Shown: positions 1-11,299 of the stretch, piece by piece
How positions within the stretch are numbered: position 1 is the first letter of the stretch
How the letters are laid out: every line of letters starts with the position of its first letter
Source: Negaprion brevirostris
Taxonomy: Eukaryota
Assembly (NCBI GenBank): GCA_030324005.1
Contig: JARDVH010000121.1
Span: 10,131,673 to 10,195,317, forward strand
Direction: 5' to 3'
DNA: 63,645 bases
The notes under the pieces: generated by a model
What the model saw: the letters and a program-made list of their open reading frames with translations, nothing else
Databases searched by the model: none
What the model was told of the DNA's origin: nothing
Position numbers and translations under genes: made by a program

Positions 1-570
1 ACTGTTGAGGGGGGGGGAGGCGGGGCGCAGCGTGTTGTTCCTGACATGCTTGCGGAGGGATTTTTTGGAAGAAACACAGAGATGACTTTAGTTCGGCGAA
101 TGAAAGATGTCAATTTATAACGTCTACGGGCCATCATGCATTCAATTAATAAACAAGTGCGCAACATTTTCCAGGTTTTTGTTTTCCTTATTTTAAATCA
201 GTAAATGACGCAGTTCCAATATAATGACCACCTCATGAATTGTATTTGTTTGGGATTCGTGTGATGAATTGAGCCACGATGCATCACCATTACAAATGGA
301 ATTGGATATTATTAACAGATGGAATTACGGAAACGTGCCATAGAACAATTTAATGCTGCCGTTGTAAGGCTATTCGGTTCTCTTATATAAACCCAGCAGA
401 AACCTTTTTTTTAAGCCAAATACAAGAAACACTGTTATTGAGGTTACTATGGAATAAATTACCTATTTTGCGGGAAAAAAGAACATTATATTAACTGTGG
501 GATATAATTGGGAGAAGAGTGTTTCGAACAGGTACTGTGATAGGAATTCGTACGCTGATATGGAACATTC

Positions 571-1344
571 ACAGTAAAAAGTTTGACAACACCAGGTTTT
601 AGTCCAACCGATTTATTTGATAATAGACACACAAGCTTTCGAGGGGAAACCCTCTTCACACCTCGAAAGCTCGTGAGTCTATTATCAAATTAATCGGTTG
701 NNNNNNNNNNNNNNNNNNNNNNNNNNNNNNNNNNNNNNNNNNNNNNNNNNNNNNNNNNNNNNNNNNNNNNNNNNNNNNNNNNNNNNNNNNNNNNNNNNNN
801 NNNNNNNNNNNNNNNNNNNNNNNNNNNNNNNNNNNNNNNNNNNNNNNNNNNNNNNNNNNNNNNNNNNNNNNNNNNNNNNNNNNNNNNNNNNNNNNNNNNN
901 NNNNNNNNNNNNNNNNNNNNNNNNNNNNNNNNNNNNNNNNNNNNNNNNNNNNNNNNNNNNNNNNNNNNNNNNNNNNNNNNNNNNNNNNNNNNNNNNNNNN
1001 NNNNNNNNNNNNNNNNNNNNNNNNNNNNNNNNNNNNNNNNNNNNNNNNNNNNNNNNNNNNNNNNNNNNNNNNNNNNNNNNNNNNNNNNNNNNNNNNNNNN
1101 NNNNNNNNNNNNNNNNNNNNNNNNNNNNNNNNNNNNNNNNNNNNNNNNNNNNNNNNNNNNNNNNNNNNNNNNNNNNCTGTGCTTTATATGCTCTGTCTGA
1201 GGCCAGAACTCTCCATTCACCTGACGAAGGGGCTAACCCTGAAAGCTTGTGAGTTTATTATCAAATAAATCGGTTGGACTAAAACCTGGTGTTGTCAGAC
1301 TTTTTACTGTGTTTGCCCCAGTCCAACGCCGGCATACCCACATC
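571..1344. mobile_element. Penelope-like element remnant with inverted terminal repeat arms (interior hidden by N gap)
   Basis: 571-620 is a near-perfect reverse complement of about 1261-1310; the end CCCCAGTCCAACGCCGGCATACCCACATC resembles shark Penelope-type termini; flanked by the direct repeat ATGGAACATTCA at 560-571 and 1345-1356 (target-site duplication, possibly overlapping element ends). Confidence 0.75.
1216..1253 (+). ncRNA. Minimal type I hammerhead ribozyme motif (Penelope-associated)
   Basis: TTCAC-CTGACGA-AGGG gctaa CCCT-GAAA-GC-TT-GTGAG: stem I TTCAC/GTGAG, CUGANGA core, 4-bp stem II, GAAA, and the palindromic AAGCTT mini stem III typical of Penelope hammerheads. Confidence 0.75.
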
Positions 1345-3533
1345 ATGGAACATTCAAACAGTCATTGAATTTTCGAAACCTGACTTATTGCACAAACTAA
1401 ACAGGGTTCATTTCTTTACTTCATATTGTGATATTGCCTCAGATATAGAAGACAAATATAGCTGAATGTACACCTCTGAATGCTATGCCGCCGATCGTTG
1501 TAAAACTAATCGAAAAATTTGTACAAAACTCGATGGCTGCCCAGTTCAAGTCACTTCATTCATGTTATCAGTGCCAATTAACATTTTATCAACTTTAAAT
1601 CTCTAAATATAATAGAGTGCACTGGCCAGAAAAAAATTTCAGGTTCATAAAGAATTTGTTCAACAAATTAAATGATCCACATGAGAGATATGTAATCTTA
1701 TATCAGCAAAACTGGTTCCATAACGCTAAGAAATACATCTAATACAAATATGTGACATTGAAGCTGCATGACAACTTTGTTAAATACTCCATTGATCCAT
1801 TCAGAATTCGATGAATTCCTAATCTTATATGACGAGCCATACAATCAAAAAATAGTTTTCAAATGCCTACCTCAAAGTAGAAAAAAATGTACTTCTTGCT
1901 GCATTGTAGCTATTCCAGATCTGTGAGGTAGAATTAGGAGCAAATCTGGAATAAAATCGTTGAGATGCGCTGGAAAAGAGATTGAAGATGATTGGGGGAA
2001 TGGAAACAAATATATCGATTGCAATGGTGCGGCAGCAAAAGCTAAGTAGAGAGGGCAATTTCTAGCATCCATTCAAGAAGAAAAAAACTTTACTAGAATT
2101 TCCCCTACTCAACGGGAAAATGCGTGCTTCAAAAACAACATTGAAAATAAAACTGGTTGAGCAGTAAAGCAAGTGAAGGTCTGAAATGTGGCAATAATTG
2201 GTTATTGCAACGGAAAGTTTAGATTAGCAGTAGAAAAGTGACTAGACAATTTATTGTAACATATTCAGAAACTGGCAAAATATAATGAGACGGAAACAGG
2301 CAACAGGAATGAAATTGTACAAAACACCGACCAGCGATAGGATCAACGATTGACACTCCAGTAAGATAAACTGCAGAGCCGGTGAAGCAAATTCCAACAT
2401 GGCAAAATGTAAGGGATCGTTGGAATACGAAAAATATAAGAATTATGATGAAAGTTTTTTTTTAAGTGAAGTATACGAACGCATGCGAGGTGAACTTCAG
2501 AAGTGAGAACATTAAAAAAAAAGTTTGATTGAAAGGGGATCGAAAAAGAAAACAGGACTGGTCGTGCGATCATGTCAAATTAAATGCAATTTAAAATAAA
2601 AGTAAAGCAATACATGTCCCAGTGGACTTGAACAGTGATCGGTAAATACGAGATAAATAGATCAGCTTTGCAAATAGAAACCGGTCTGTTCTTCGACGCA
2701 CAATAATGATCGGTTGCATAATTCGGTTTTTTTTGCACGTTGTCTGTGCTAATGACTATTAATCTGAACAAATGCCTGCAGCAACAGAAATGTTGATCTG
2801 ACCGATGTTTCGAAATCGAAAAAAAATGGTTTCCGAAAATGGAGCCAAATGTTTCAATAGATAAGCCCTCGAAAGTACTTGTCTCCAAAATTGCTGAAGA
2901 TCAAAGAAATGATTTAGCAGATTGTACTGAATTAATCGTTCAATATCCCTTCCCTATATGTGAACAATTTGACAGATGAAATAACCTAGACAATAAAACC
3001 GCTGAATTCGAGAAATGAATAACAGTCCTAACATCTGTAGCCCAGTTAGTTAGCAAGCGGGGAAGATGTGAATTATTTTCTATGAGCATGAGGAAATTTT
3101 TCTAAATGAATAGGCCAGCTTTTGGTTTAAGATTATTTTTTTGCTTTTAAATGAGACAAGTCACAGTTTTTTTTCAATAATGCTATTTTGTTACACAAGA
3201 GGTAAGTTGTTCAAAAGCCATGCACTGAAATTTGTACATTGGGATTGTGACAACATCATTGTTGAACGTCTCACTTGACGCCATGTTGTGTATGGACTTA
3301 AACCTAGTGGAAGGAAAGCGGATTAAACCAATCCCAAATATTTTGAAAAGCGTCAGGACGTTAGCTTAACTATAATATGCGATTTCAATTGTACAGGTGG
3401 AAATTTGTGTGATAATTTTACAAATCGTCAAGTTGGGCGAAAGTGTTTTTCGTTGTTTCCCCCTGCTGCTTTGTTGATAATTATCAGCGGCTGTATTTTT
3501 GTTGTCCAACAGGAATACAGGCTCGATCGGAAT

Positions 3534-3869
3534 TACAGAATGTTACAGTATAGAAATAAGCCGTTCGGCCCATCGAGTCTGCGGCGGCAGCTATCCCAAC
3601 TAAGACTTATCCCCGTAAGCCCGCATGTATACCCCGCTAATCCCGCTAACATAGGCATCCTGTAAAATTAGCGGGGAATTTGAGATGGTCAATGCACCCA
3701 ACCCCGACATTTTTGGCCTGTAGAAGGAAACCAGAACACCTAGAGGAAAACCACGCAGACACGAGATGAACGTGCAAATTCTAAACAGATAGTGTCCCAA
3801 GCCGGAGATCAAACCCAGGTGCCTCGAGCTGTGAGGCGACAGCGTTGTCCATTGGCCATCATACCGCCC
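3534..3869 (-). mobile_element. HE1/V-type tRNA-derived SINE
   Basis: CR1-like tail (TTCGGCCCATCGAGTCTGC), central GGAAACCAGAACACCTAGAGGAAAACCACGCAGAC core and tRNA-like head at the right end; homologous to 7593-7932 and 30877-31205. Confidence 0.85.
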
Positions 3870-4267
3870 AATTCTGGAGAACGAAATGAGTGTTTTGTAT
3901 CACGAGAGGTATGGATATGAATATCTCTGCAACAAAATATCTCAAAACTTTCCGAAGATTCCTCTGCAAAAACCTGTCATTAATTAGAAAACCCATTCCA
4001 TGAATCAATTTCGGAAGACGTTTGTCTAAAATTCCTTTCTGGTAAGTCCCCCCTTTCTTAAAATGTGCATCAATGAACACATGACACAAAATTGTGGGGA
4101 GAAAAAAAGATGTTACACATAGAAAGTAGCAAATCGTAGTTGCATTTTGCGTTATCCTGACATCCGTTCGAATCATTCAACATGTAGTTACGTAAATCTA
4201 AACCTAGATTCCCGTTTTCGAACATCTTGGCACATTTAATTATACCTAAGTGGCTTACATTCGATCT

Positions 4268-4450
4268 GACTTGATTTTGATTTATTATTGTCACATGTAT
4301 TAGTTTGTTAGAGAGAAGTATTACTCACTGCATGCTGTACAGGCAAAGTATAACATTCATAGAGAAGGAAATTCGAGATTGCAGAATGTAGTGTTACAGC
4401 CATAGTTACGTTGTAGAGAAAGGTTAATATCGTGCGAGGTTTGTCCATTG
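4268..4450 (-). mobile_element. 3' end of a LINE (Rex1/L2-like)
   Basis: TTGATTTTGATTTATTATTGTCACATG tail and GCAGAATGTAGTGTTACAG shared with the copy at 52408-52865. Confidence 0.55.
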
Positions 4451-4600
4451 GCAACTCCCGTGAAATTAAGTTATTGTGCATTATCTCTTCAGAAATCTNN
4501 NNNNNNNNNNNNNNNNNNNNNNNNNNNNNNNNNNNNNNNNNNNNNNNNNNNNNNNNNNNNNNNNNNNNNNNNNNNNNNNNNNNNNNNNNNNNNNNNNNCA

Positions 4601-6800
4601 CTTGAGGGATACTAGGCATGGTGAATGTTTTCGATTTTAGAACATGTTGGAAAGATGTGAAAAAGAGGAAGGAACACCCCGGAGTGTTGTAATCTATTAA
4701 TACAGAAACCGTATTTATTTAAGCAAAAACATAGGACAAGAATGATTACAAAGCACAACATCGCTACCTTTGTAGACTTTTTTTAAAAATACATTTATCC
4801 ATTGTTCTCTAATATCTACTTTTCTTGAACGCTGAGAATTCTTATTTCCCCATGCAACATCCGATATTATTTATACCATTTGCTAAATGTATATGCAGGT
4901 AACATCTGCAAATTATATCATCCAGTTTTGGGTAAAGCACGTCCATGACTTAGCGTAGAGATTGCACTTTATTGGAGATTTAATATGGAACAGTGCACTT
5001 TCATCAAAGACTTGGCTTCACGGCAGTGGGAGAAGGGGGATAGTTTCTGAAGATGGGTGCTACTGTGATAGTTTTTATATCTTTCTCAACCTTTTTCACC
5101 ATATATATTGTCACCTATATTTCATGCATCATCCACTCCTGTCCCCCACCACTTCCTTCATTGTTAAAAAACCTTCTGGACCAAGCTTTCAGTATATAGG
5201 TGTCAATTACCTTTTCGCTGCAATTTGAAGACACTTCAGCTACTGATTTTTTTTTTCCCAAAGTGAGTTAGGTAAACAGTAACTTGAAAATTAAAAACAC
5301 CCCTTCAGATACATGCAAATGACTACTCATTTATTACCCAAATGATTTATTTTGCTCCATTCTTCAATTTATTTATTTTGCTTCATTCTTGATTACACTG
5401 TCGTTAACAGGTGATAAATGCAATGAAGTCAAGTATTGCAATAATGGATTTCCTTGGATGTTAAAAAAAGAAATGATGGCAGAAAGTGTGTTTTCCGTTT
5501 CATGTCAGGCACATAACAGCTTGGAACCCAGCAAGGAGTTCAGTTACTGCCATCAACGTCACAATTTCCCTTTGACTAATCGCCGTCTAAATAAAATTAA
5601 TATAGCACAATTGGTTGGAATACACTTCTGACTATTGTCATAAAATTACATCAGACGTCGATTGGGGATATGCAACCTTTCCAGGAACCTGGGCATACAA
5701 ACATCCCGAGAGAATGCTGCGCTGTCGGAGATAGGTGAACGTGAAGGGAAGACAGAGTTATCAATACATGAGCACGTAGGAGGTCACATCAGTAGGTTTA
5801 ACATTCTTTCCTCAACCCAGCTCTGAAAAGCTCATGTCTGTTCATTATCTCAATGTTGTTTGTGAAAACGTGGATGCATTATTGGATCACATTAAACCTT
5901 CAGAATTATTTAAAATAGATTGTGCAAATATTTCATTGCCTGTAATCTTCATTGTTGTTCCCTGTGCCTGTGAGTGCCAATATGGAAACATTTTCCCGCA
6001 GAAAAAAGATCAAGAGTCCAAAAAATCCTGTAAAATATCTCATCCTTTCTGTATTAATTATTAATTCTCTCTACAGTTGGCTCTCGACAGAGAAGATGCG
6101 ACACTGTAAGAATGTTTTAGCATAAATGCCATCCTCATGGCTGATCACAATGCAACAGCTGGCAGTGCCTGTTGACAAAATTATTGGATTGCTGAGCTTC
6201 AGGACCAGAATGGGATTTGTTGGCAATTCTGCATCTCATGAACAAAATGGCTAAAGTTTGATATTGATCAGGGACTCTTCACTAATATCTTGACAATGCC
6301 AATCCACAAACCAGAAACTTGAAATACAAAGTTTACATTGCCTAAATAATTGTGCCACAGTGTGCAAATCCACTCTTCAATTTCCTGTGTTATGTGCCCA
6401 GCAATTTGCCTCTATTTTCAATTTAAAGATTTCTGAGGTGTACGGTATTGTTAAAACCACCTTGTACTGTCAATGTTTTCAACAGGAAGTAGTGACTTTA
6501 TCTCGGTTTGTCGCAGTATGCATCGCAGAGTACTCACGGGAAATCATGTCGACAAGTATTGAACAAAATTAGGGTTTTATTTTGCCTTTCGAAATTAAAT
6601 ACATCAACAACAAAGGTCAAGAATGTGGTAAGCAAAATATTGCCGATAAACGAAGTACTGCCGACTGAGTTTGGAAAGGAATTCGCGTCTAATCACGAAA
6701 CTTTGGAATTGGTGGAGAATGAAAAAAATACACCGATCAAACCTCTTTTGAACTTTTGTCAAAATGCAAAGATTATCATTTCTTCTGTTAGTTGAAATGG
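4601..6800 (+). pseudogene. Possible decayed cGAS/Mab-21-like (cGLR) nucleotidyltransferase, copy 1
   Basis: EG...GMVNVFDF at 4604-4638 (cf. EGxKxxxPDEFDF, with a frameshift; the preceding GS would lie in the N gap); acceptor-like TTCTCTCTACAG ending 6076; ET*NTKFTLP at 6314-6343 (cf. ETWRLSFS); YGIVKTTLYCQC at 6441-6476 (cf. YHLKTxLFxxC). Motifs are weak but in the expected order. Confidence 0.4.
5700..5890 (+). mobile_element. Degenerate Deu-domain SINE fragment (SacSINE1/AmnSINE-like)
   Basis: GCTGCGCTGTCGGAG and CCTCAACC...TCATTATCTCAATGTTGTTTGTG resemble the conserved Deu core. Confidence 0.4.
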
Positions 6801-7592
6801 ACAAGCCTGGTAGAATTGATGTCCAAAATACTGCCATCTACATCTGACTCATAATTCGGAATTATGGAGTTCAGCAAATTATTACACCATGCTCTGCAGT
6901 ATTTGTACTCGTAATAACAGATATGGAGCATGGCCTGGTGCAAGTTCAGGCATGAGCTTGAACGTGGCAAGTAACATTTGGGCTACACGAGAGGCATGCA
7001 ATAATAATCTCCGAAATGTGAAATCCATTCACTGTTCTGAAATTGAGTGACATTGCGAGACTAAATCCCCATTACTAACATAATGTGTGATATCCTCCAA
7101 CTGTCATAAAAGTGCACAGGTTATTTTAGATCACAGGACATTAGACAAACAAAGAAGACCATGCAGCTTATCAACCTGATCAACCATTCAATGGCACCAT
7201 GACTTTACGACTTAATGTGCCACACATTTATTTTTCTGCTTCACCCCAGTGACGTCCCATTGCCTTGCTGATTACAAAGAAATTCTAATGCAGCATTGAG
7301 GATACTTTCCTGACGGGAAAAAAAAAACCCTTTGTGAAAACAACTTAGGAGATTCGCTACCGTTTGAGAGATGATATTGCTCTCCAGTTCTATTCTTTAA
7401 TTCCACCGACTCCGCATTGAAGACACGTAGACTTTGATTGTCCCACACAGAGCAATGATCGCACAATTTCGGCATTGTTAGACTCCTGAAACTATGATAT
7501 ATTTTAATATCATTCTAAATACAAGTGAACACAGGGGCAACTACACAAACTCTGAAATTACGAGAACCCCTCTCTCACCCAGGTCAATTTTC

Positions 7593-7932
7593 ATAGAATC
7601 ATAGAATATTACAACGCAGAAAGAGGCCTTTCGGCCCATCCAGTCTGCACTGAACACAATGCCACCCAGGCCCTAGCCACATATCCCTACATAATATACC
7701 CACTAATCCCCCTAACCTAAGGGACACTACGGGTTAGTTACTTACCATGGCCGATCAACCTAACCCGCACATCTTTGGATTGTGGAAGGAAACCGGAGTA
7801 CCCGGAGGAAGCCCACGCAGACACAAGGAGAGTGTGCAAACTCCACACAGACAGTGACCCGAGCCAGGAATTGAACCCAGGACCCTGGAGGTGTGAAGCA
7901 GCAGTGCTAACCACTCTGCTACCATGCCGCCC
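7593..7932 (-). mobile_element. HE1/V-type SINE, well preserved
   Basis: (CATAGAAT) tail, core GGAGGAAGCCCACGCAGACAC..GTGCAAACTCCACACAGAC; the minus strand starts GGGCGGCATGGTAGCAGAGTGG (A box) and has GGTTCAATTCC (B box). Confidence 0.92.
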
Positions 7933-7999
7933 AATTTGTTCGTCATTCGCTGGAGTGCTAATAATGTTAACATATTTTTCCTTTGCTGATGGGACCAAA

Positions 8000-9010
8000 T
8001 GATTCATAGTATTCCAGTGCGTTGTAGCAAGTGATTTGTTTGTTTTAGCAACACCTTCTTATTGTTTATGCTCCTTTCCAGGTAAAACAACCGCGAAATT
8101 AAACTTGTCAGCACTAGCACCTGCTGAATTTCCTTGCCAGTTATTTGTTGTTTGATGCACCAGGGACAAGAATATTCCTGAGCTGGAGAGTGTTGTAGTA
8201 TTTCTCCATTATAATAAATTTCAGCTTGTTTATTTTTTCTATCAAGCCCATAACTTAACATGTTCCTCATAATGCTCGAATTTCCAAGCTTCGCCCAATC
8301 ATTTACAATGTCCTTATCACTCTGCAAACTCTTCATGCCATCTTCATCACTTGCCCTCCAGTCTATTTTAGTGTCACCCTCAAACTTAGCAATAGTACAT
8401 TCATTTCCGTTGTCCAAGCCATCACAACATGATATAAATAGTTATGGTTCCAACACTGGTACAATATCGTGTAAATCATTATGATCCCATTATTGATTTG
8501 TGTGCCGTTACACGGATTAGAGGCAACCATCCTGAAAGTGTCACTTTAACACGATTCGCAGATTATTAACATGAACCAATCTTCCATCGAAAATTACCTA
8601 CTACCCCAAAATTTCATACTAAAAAATAACGCTTTCTGTGGTACCTTATTGGAAGTCATTTGTAAATAAAAGTTCATACCATTTATTGGTTCCCGTTCGC
8701 CTGATCGTTACCATATCAATGAATTCTCAAAACACTGTCAGTTATGATTTCCTATCATGACGCCATGCTGACTCAGCTTGTTCATATTAAACATTTCTAC
8801 AAACACTGATATTGCATTTTTAAAATGACATCTAAAATATTGCCAATGCAAGGGAGAAGCAACTTGATCTAGAGATACTTGTTTTTCATCTTCCTTTTTG
8901 AATATGATTCTGGCATTGGCCCATTTCCTACCCTCTGAGATATATCCAAAATTTTAGAATTTTTGAATGATTACAATCAGCATTTCCATAATTATTGGCT
9001 TTAATCTCCT
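8000..9010 (-). mobile_element. Degenerate CR1 LINE RT fragment
   Basis: ORF 8004-8417 reads ECTIAKFEGDTKI (cf. CR1 ISKFADDTKI) followed by LQSDKD..DWAK. Confidence 0.75.
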
Positions 9011-9859
9011 GTGATGCAACACGTTTGCTCCATATAAATAGAACGGTGTAGAAACAAGTTAGCAGTTATGTGTCTTGAGCTGATTAACTCATACCCAGAG
9101 GCTGTAATTTAGTCGCCCATCCAAATGTCCAAGTCTGGAATGTGATTAATTGCTGTTTACTTGTCTGAGTGAGTAGAGCTCTTACAGCGTTTAAGAAGAT
9201 AGTCACTTTTACGGAAAATTCATTCTGCTTAATTCGCACCGCAGAAACTATCATTCACTCTTAACATAACTGAACGAACCAAAGCCACATGTGTAACATT
9301 CAAAGGATTCAGTATACAAACTCACAAATTCTGCTTTGTGGTACATTTTAAACCGAGGTGTGGGAAGTTCTGTCAAACACCATGAATGTTGACATGTTTT
9401 TTTTTTTCGTTTTGTTATTCTGAGTTGCAGCCAAAATGAAGGAAGTTGGTGAACATATAAAACAGCGGTGAACTCCCAAACATTAGGGGTGCGTTGTCAT
9501 GTTATTCCCTCTGCAGCAACACTTGGCAAATGCTTCAAGGCATAAAACAAGGATCATGTATTTATGCCATATGTGTGGAAACGGAAAATAGTGAGGTCTC
9601 CAGTTGGAAACAATTCCAGCCAATTTATTTCACACAGCACTAATGTGCAAGTCTCCACTGTCCGATATCAGGCCTGGATTCTAGCAATTAGCTGATTGTT
9701 TAACTTTATATATTAATAAGCCATACACAAATTCTTATAGATTCCGTGTTAAAAAAAACAGTAATGAACATCTTCAATGACCTCAGACAACAGTTACTAT
9801 CTGCCATGAATGCAACATTTTTATTGTCCAGCTATCAAGTTGTCGTCTACGTTCGGTGG

Positions 9860-10544
9860 TGTTACGAAGGGTTGGGTAATCTCCTGTCCGAGAACTAACA
9901 CGCAACCACTCTAAGATAAGTCAATCTCTTTTATAGCATTTAAAATAATATTGAGAAATGGTAAAATCTGCTTACAGCAACGTTTAGAGATTAAATCAAA
10001 AATATCTCCATGAGACACTTCTTCAAAGAAACAAGTTAAGCGTTACTTTCTAAACAACAGTGAACATGTCAGATAAACTATTAACAAACAACAAAATACC
10101 ATTTCATTGGAATACTATTTAGATAATTGCAAATCATATTTATTGACAAATAGAAAAATATATAATTTTTACAGTCACTCTCAAAAATCGATCAGGTTTG
10201 TAGTCTTCCTGGAGCATTCTTTCAACTGTGCTGCTGTGTTTGTTCCCTTCTGAAATAGAAATAGGTTTTCTTCAAATGTGGGTCTGTCTGTATCTCTCTG
10301 TCTCGCTGTTAGATGTGCCAAGCTGCTGGAAATCAGCCTTCTTGTGGTTTTTCGGCCATGGATTTGAGAGTGGTTTCATATTCCCCTTGACATATGAAGT
10401 GCCCCCACTAAAGGATTGGTTTACAGATACACAAATCAATAAATGCAAATTTGATCGGCTGGTGAGGTTCAAAGCTTTAGTTTAAATTGAATGTTTAATA
10501 TTCAAAAATATGTTTGGATTCAAATGCTCAAGCCGGTTACAACA
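9860..10544. mobile_element. Possible solo LTR (Gypsy-type)
   Basis: Begins TGTTACG and ends TTACAACA (TG...CA), about 690 bp, non-coding; no clear target-site duplication. Confidence 0.4.
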
Positions 10545-11209
10545 GCAAACCTGTTGGTTTTCCTCCCAAAACAATGGTTTAATCTGTACTGGATTTTTGT
10601 TTTACTTGCAGTTTCCCAGCACACAGAGAAAACGAGAAAAAACAGACTTTTTTTGCAACTTTTAGCATTTTAGCAATATGTATTATGGTTATAATTTTAC
10701 AAACAACAACTTCACAACAGTGAGACTGTGAAAAGCTTTGTTGCTGTGTTTTTTTTTCTGCCTCCTGTTGTTTGGCCATACACTGCCTCACCATCTTACC
10801 TCGAAGATTTGGTATATGTCTGGCGCCGTATAACTGACATGGCACCCTCTGTGTCAACATCAATCAGATGCATCTGTGGCTGAGGATGTATATTGTATTT
10901 TTTTAATGGTTCTATTTGAATAATTGTCTATTAGGCATCTCCACATAGTATCGCATTATCATGTCTTTATGCACTTGTGCAATAGTATTTTGTGGTGTAT
11001 TTGTGTCTTCAGTTCGTGATGCAGATACTGCATTTTTCGACAGAGACTTAACACTCTATACAATTTTGCTGCTGTGTTGCCGCTGAGAAATCAAATTCCT
11101 GCTTTTGATTTGGGTATGATAAATTTCCATCCAGAAAGCGATTGGAGGGGGTGGGGGTGGGAGGGCAAATACTCATCCCATCCCCATCCCGCCCTGTCGA
11201 GTGCAACTA

Positions 11210-11217
11210 TCTCTCTT

Positions 11218-11257
<40 letters not shown>

Positions 11258-11260
11258 ACA
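11210..11260. repeat. (CT)n(CA)n compound microsatellite
   Basis: Directly visible. Confidence 0.95.
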
Positions 11261-11299
11261 TTTGGCAGTTGGGTATAAAGACTTTCTGTGTTGTGACAT

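Larger units (their letters stand above)
1..3140 (+). pseudogene. Decayed SAMD9/SAMD9L-like gene (C-terminal half: end of STAND NTPase, TPR region, OB-like tail), interrupted by a Penelope-derived insertion
   Basis: Ordered degenerate matches to SAMD9-family motifs across shifting frames: VLFLTCLRR (32-58, cf. IILNCMRS), FVFLILNQ..YNDHLMN (from 178, cf. FYSFMIMK..YIENVV), DPHERYVILYQQNWFHNAKKYI (1674-1739, cf. [20 protein letters not shown]), LKLHDNFVKYSID (1758-1796, cf. KAPKNSYISDTLGQ), SVFFARCLC* (2723-2752, cf. PYFLACLLFW), MNRPAFGLRL (3106-3135, cf. IEGPLAYDI). With the insertion removed the span is about 2.3 kb, close to the expected length of this part of SAMD9L. Many stops and frameshifts. 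Confidence 0.6.

Noticed and set aside
690-1252. Long ORFs spanning N runs (also 16254-17085, 22860-23135, 50457-50729)
   Set aside because: They are open only because N codons contain no stops.
6480-6800. DZIP3-like HEPN domain reading
   Set aside because: No RxxxxH motif and spacing too short; the Mab-21 reading explains more motifs.
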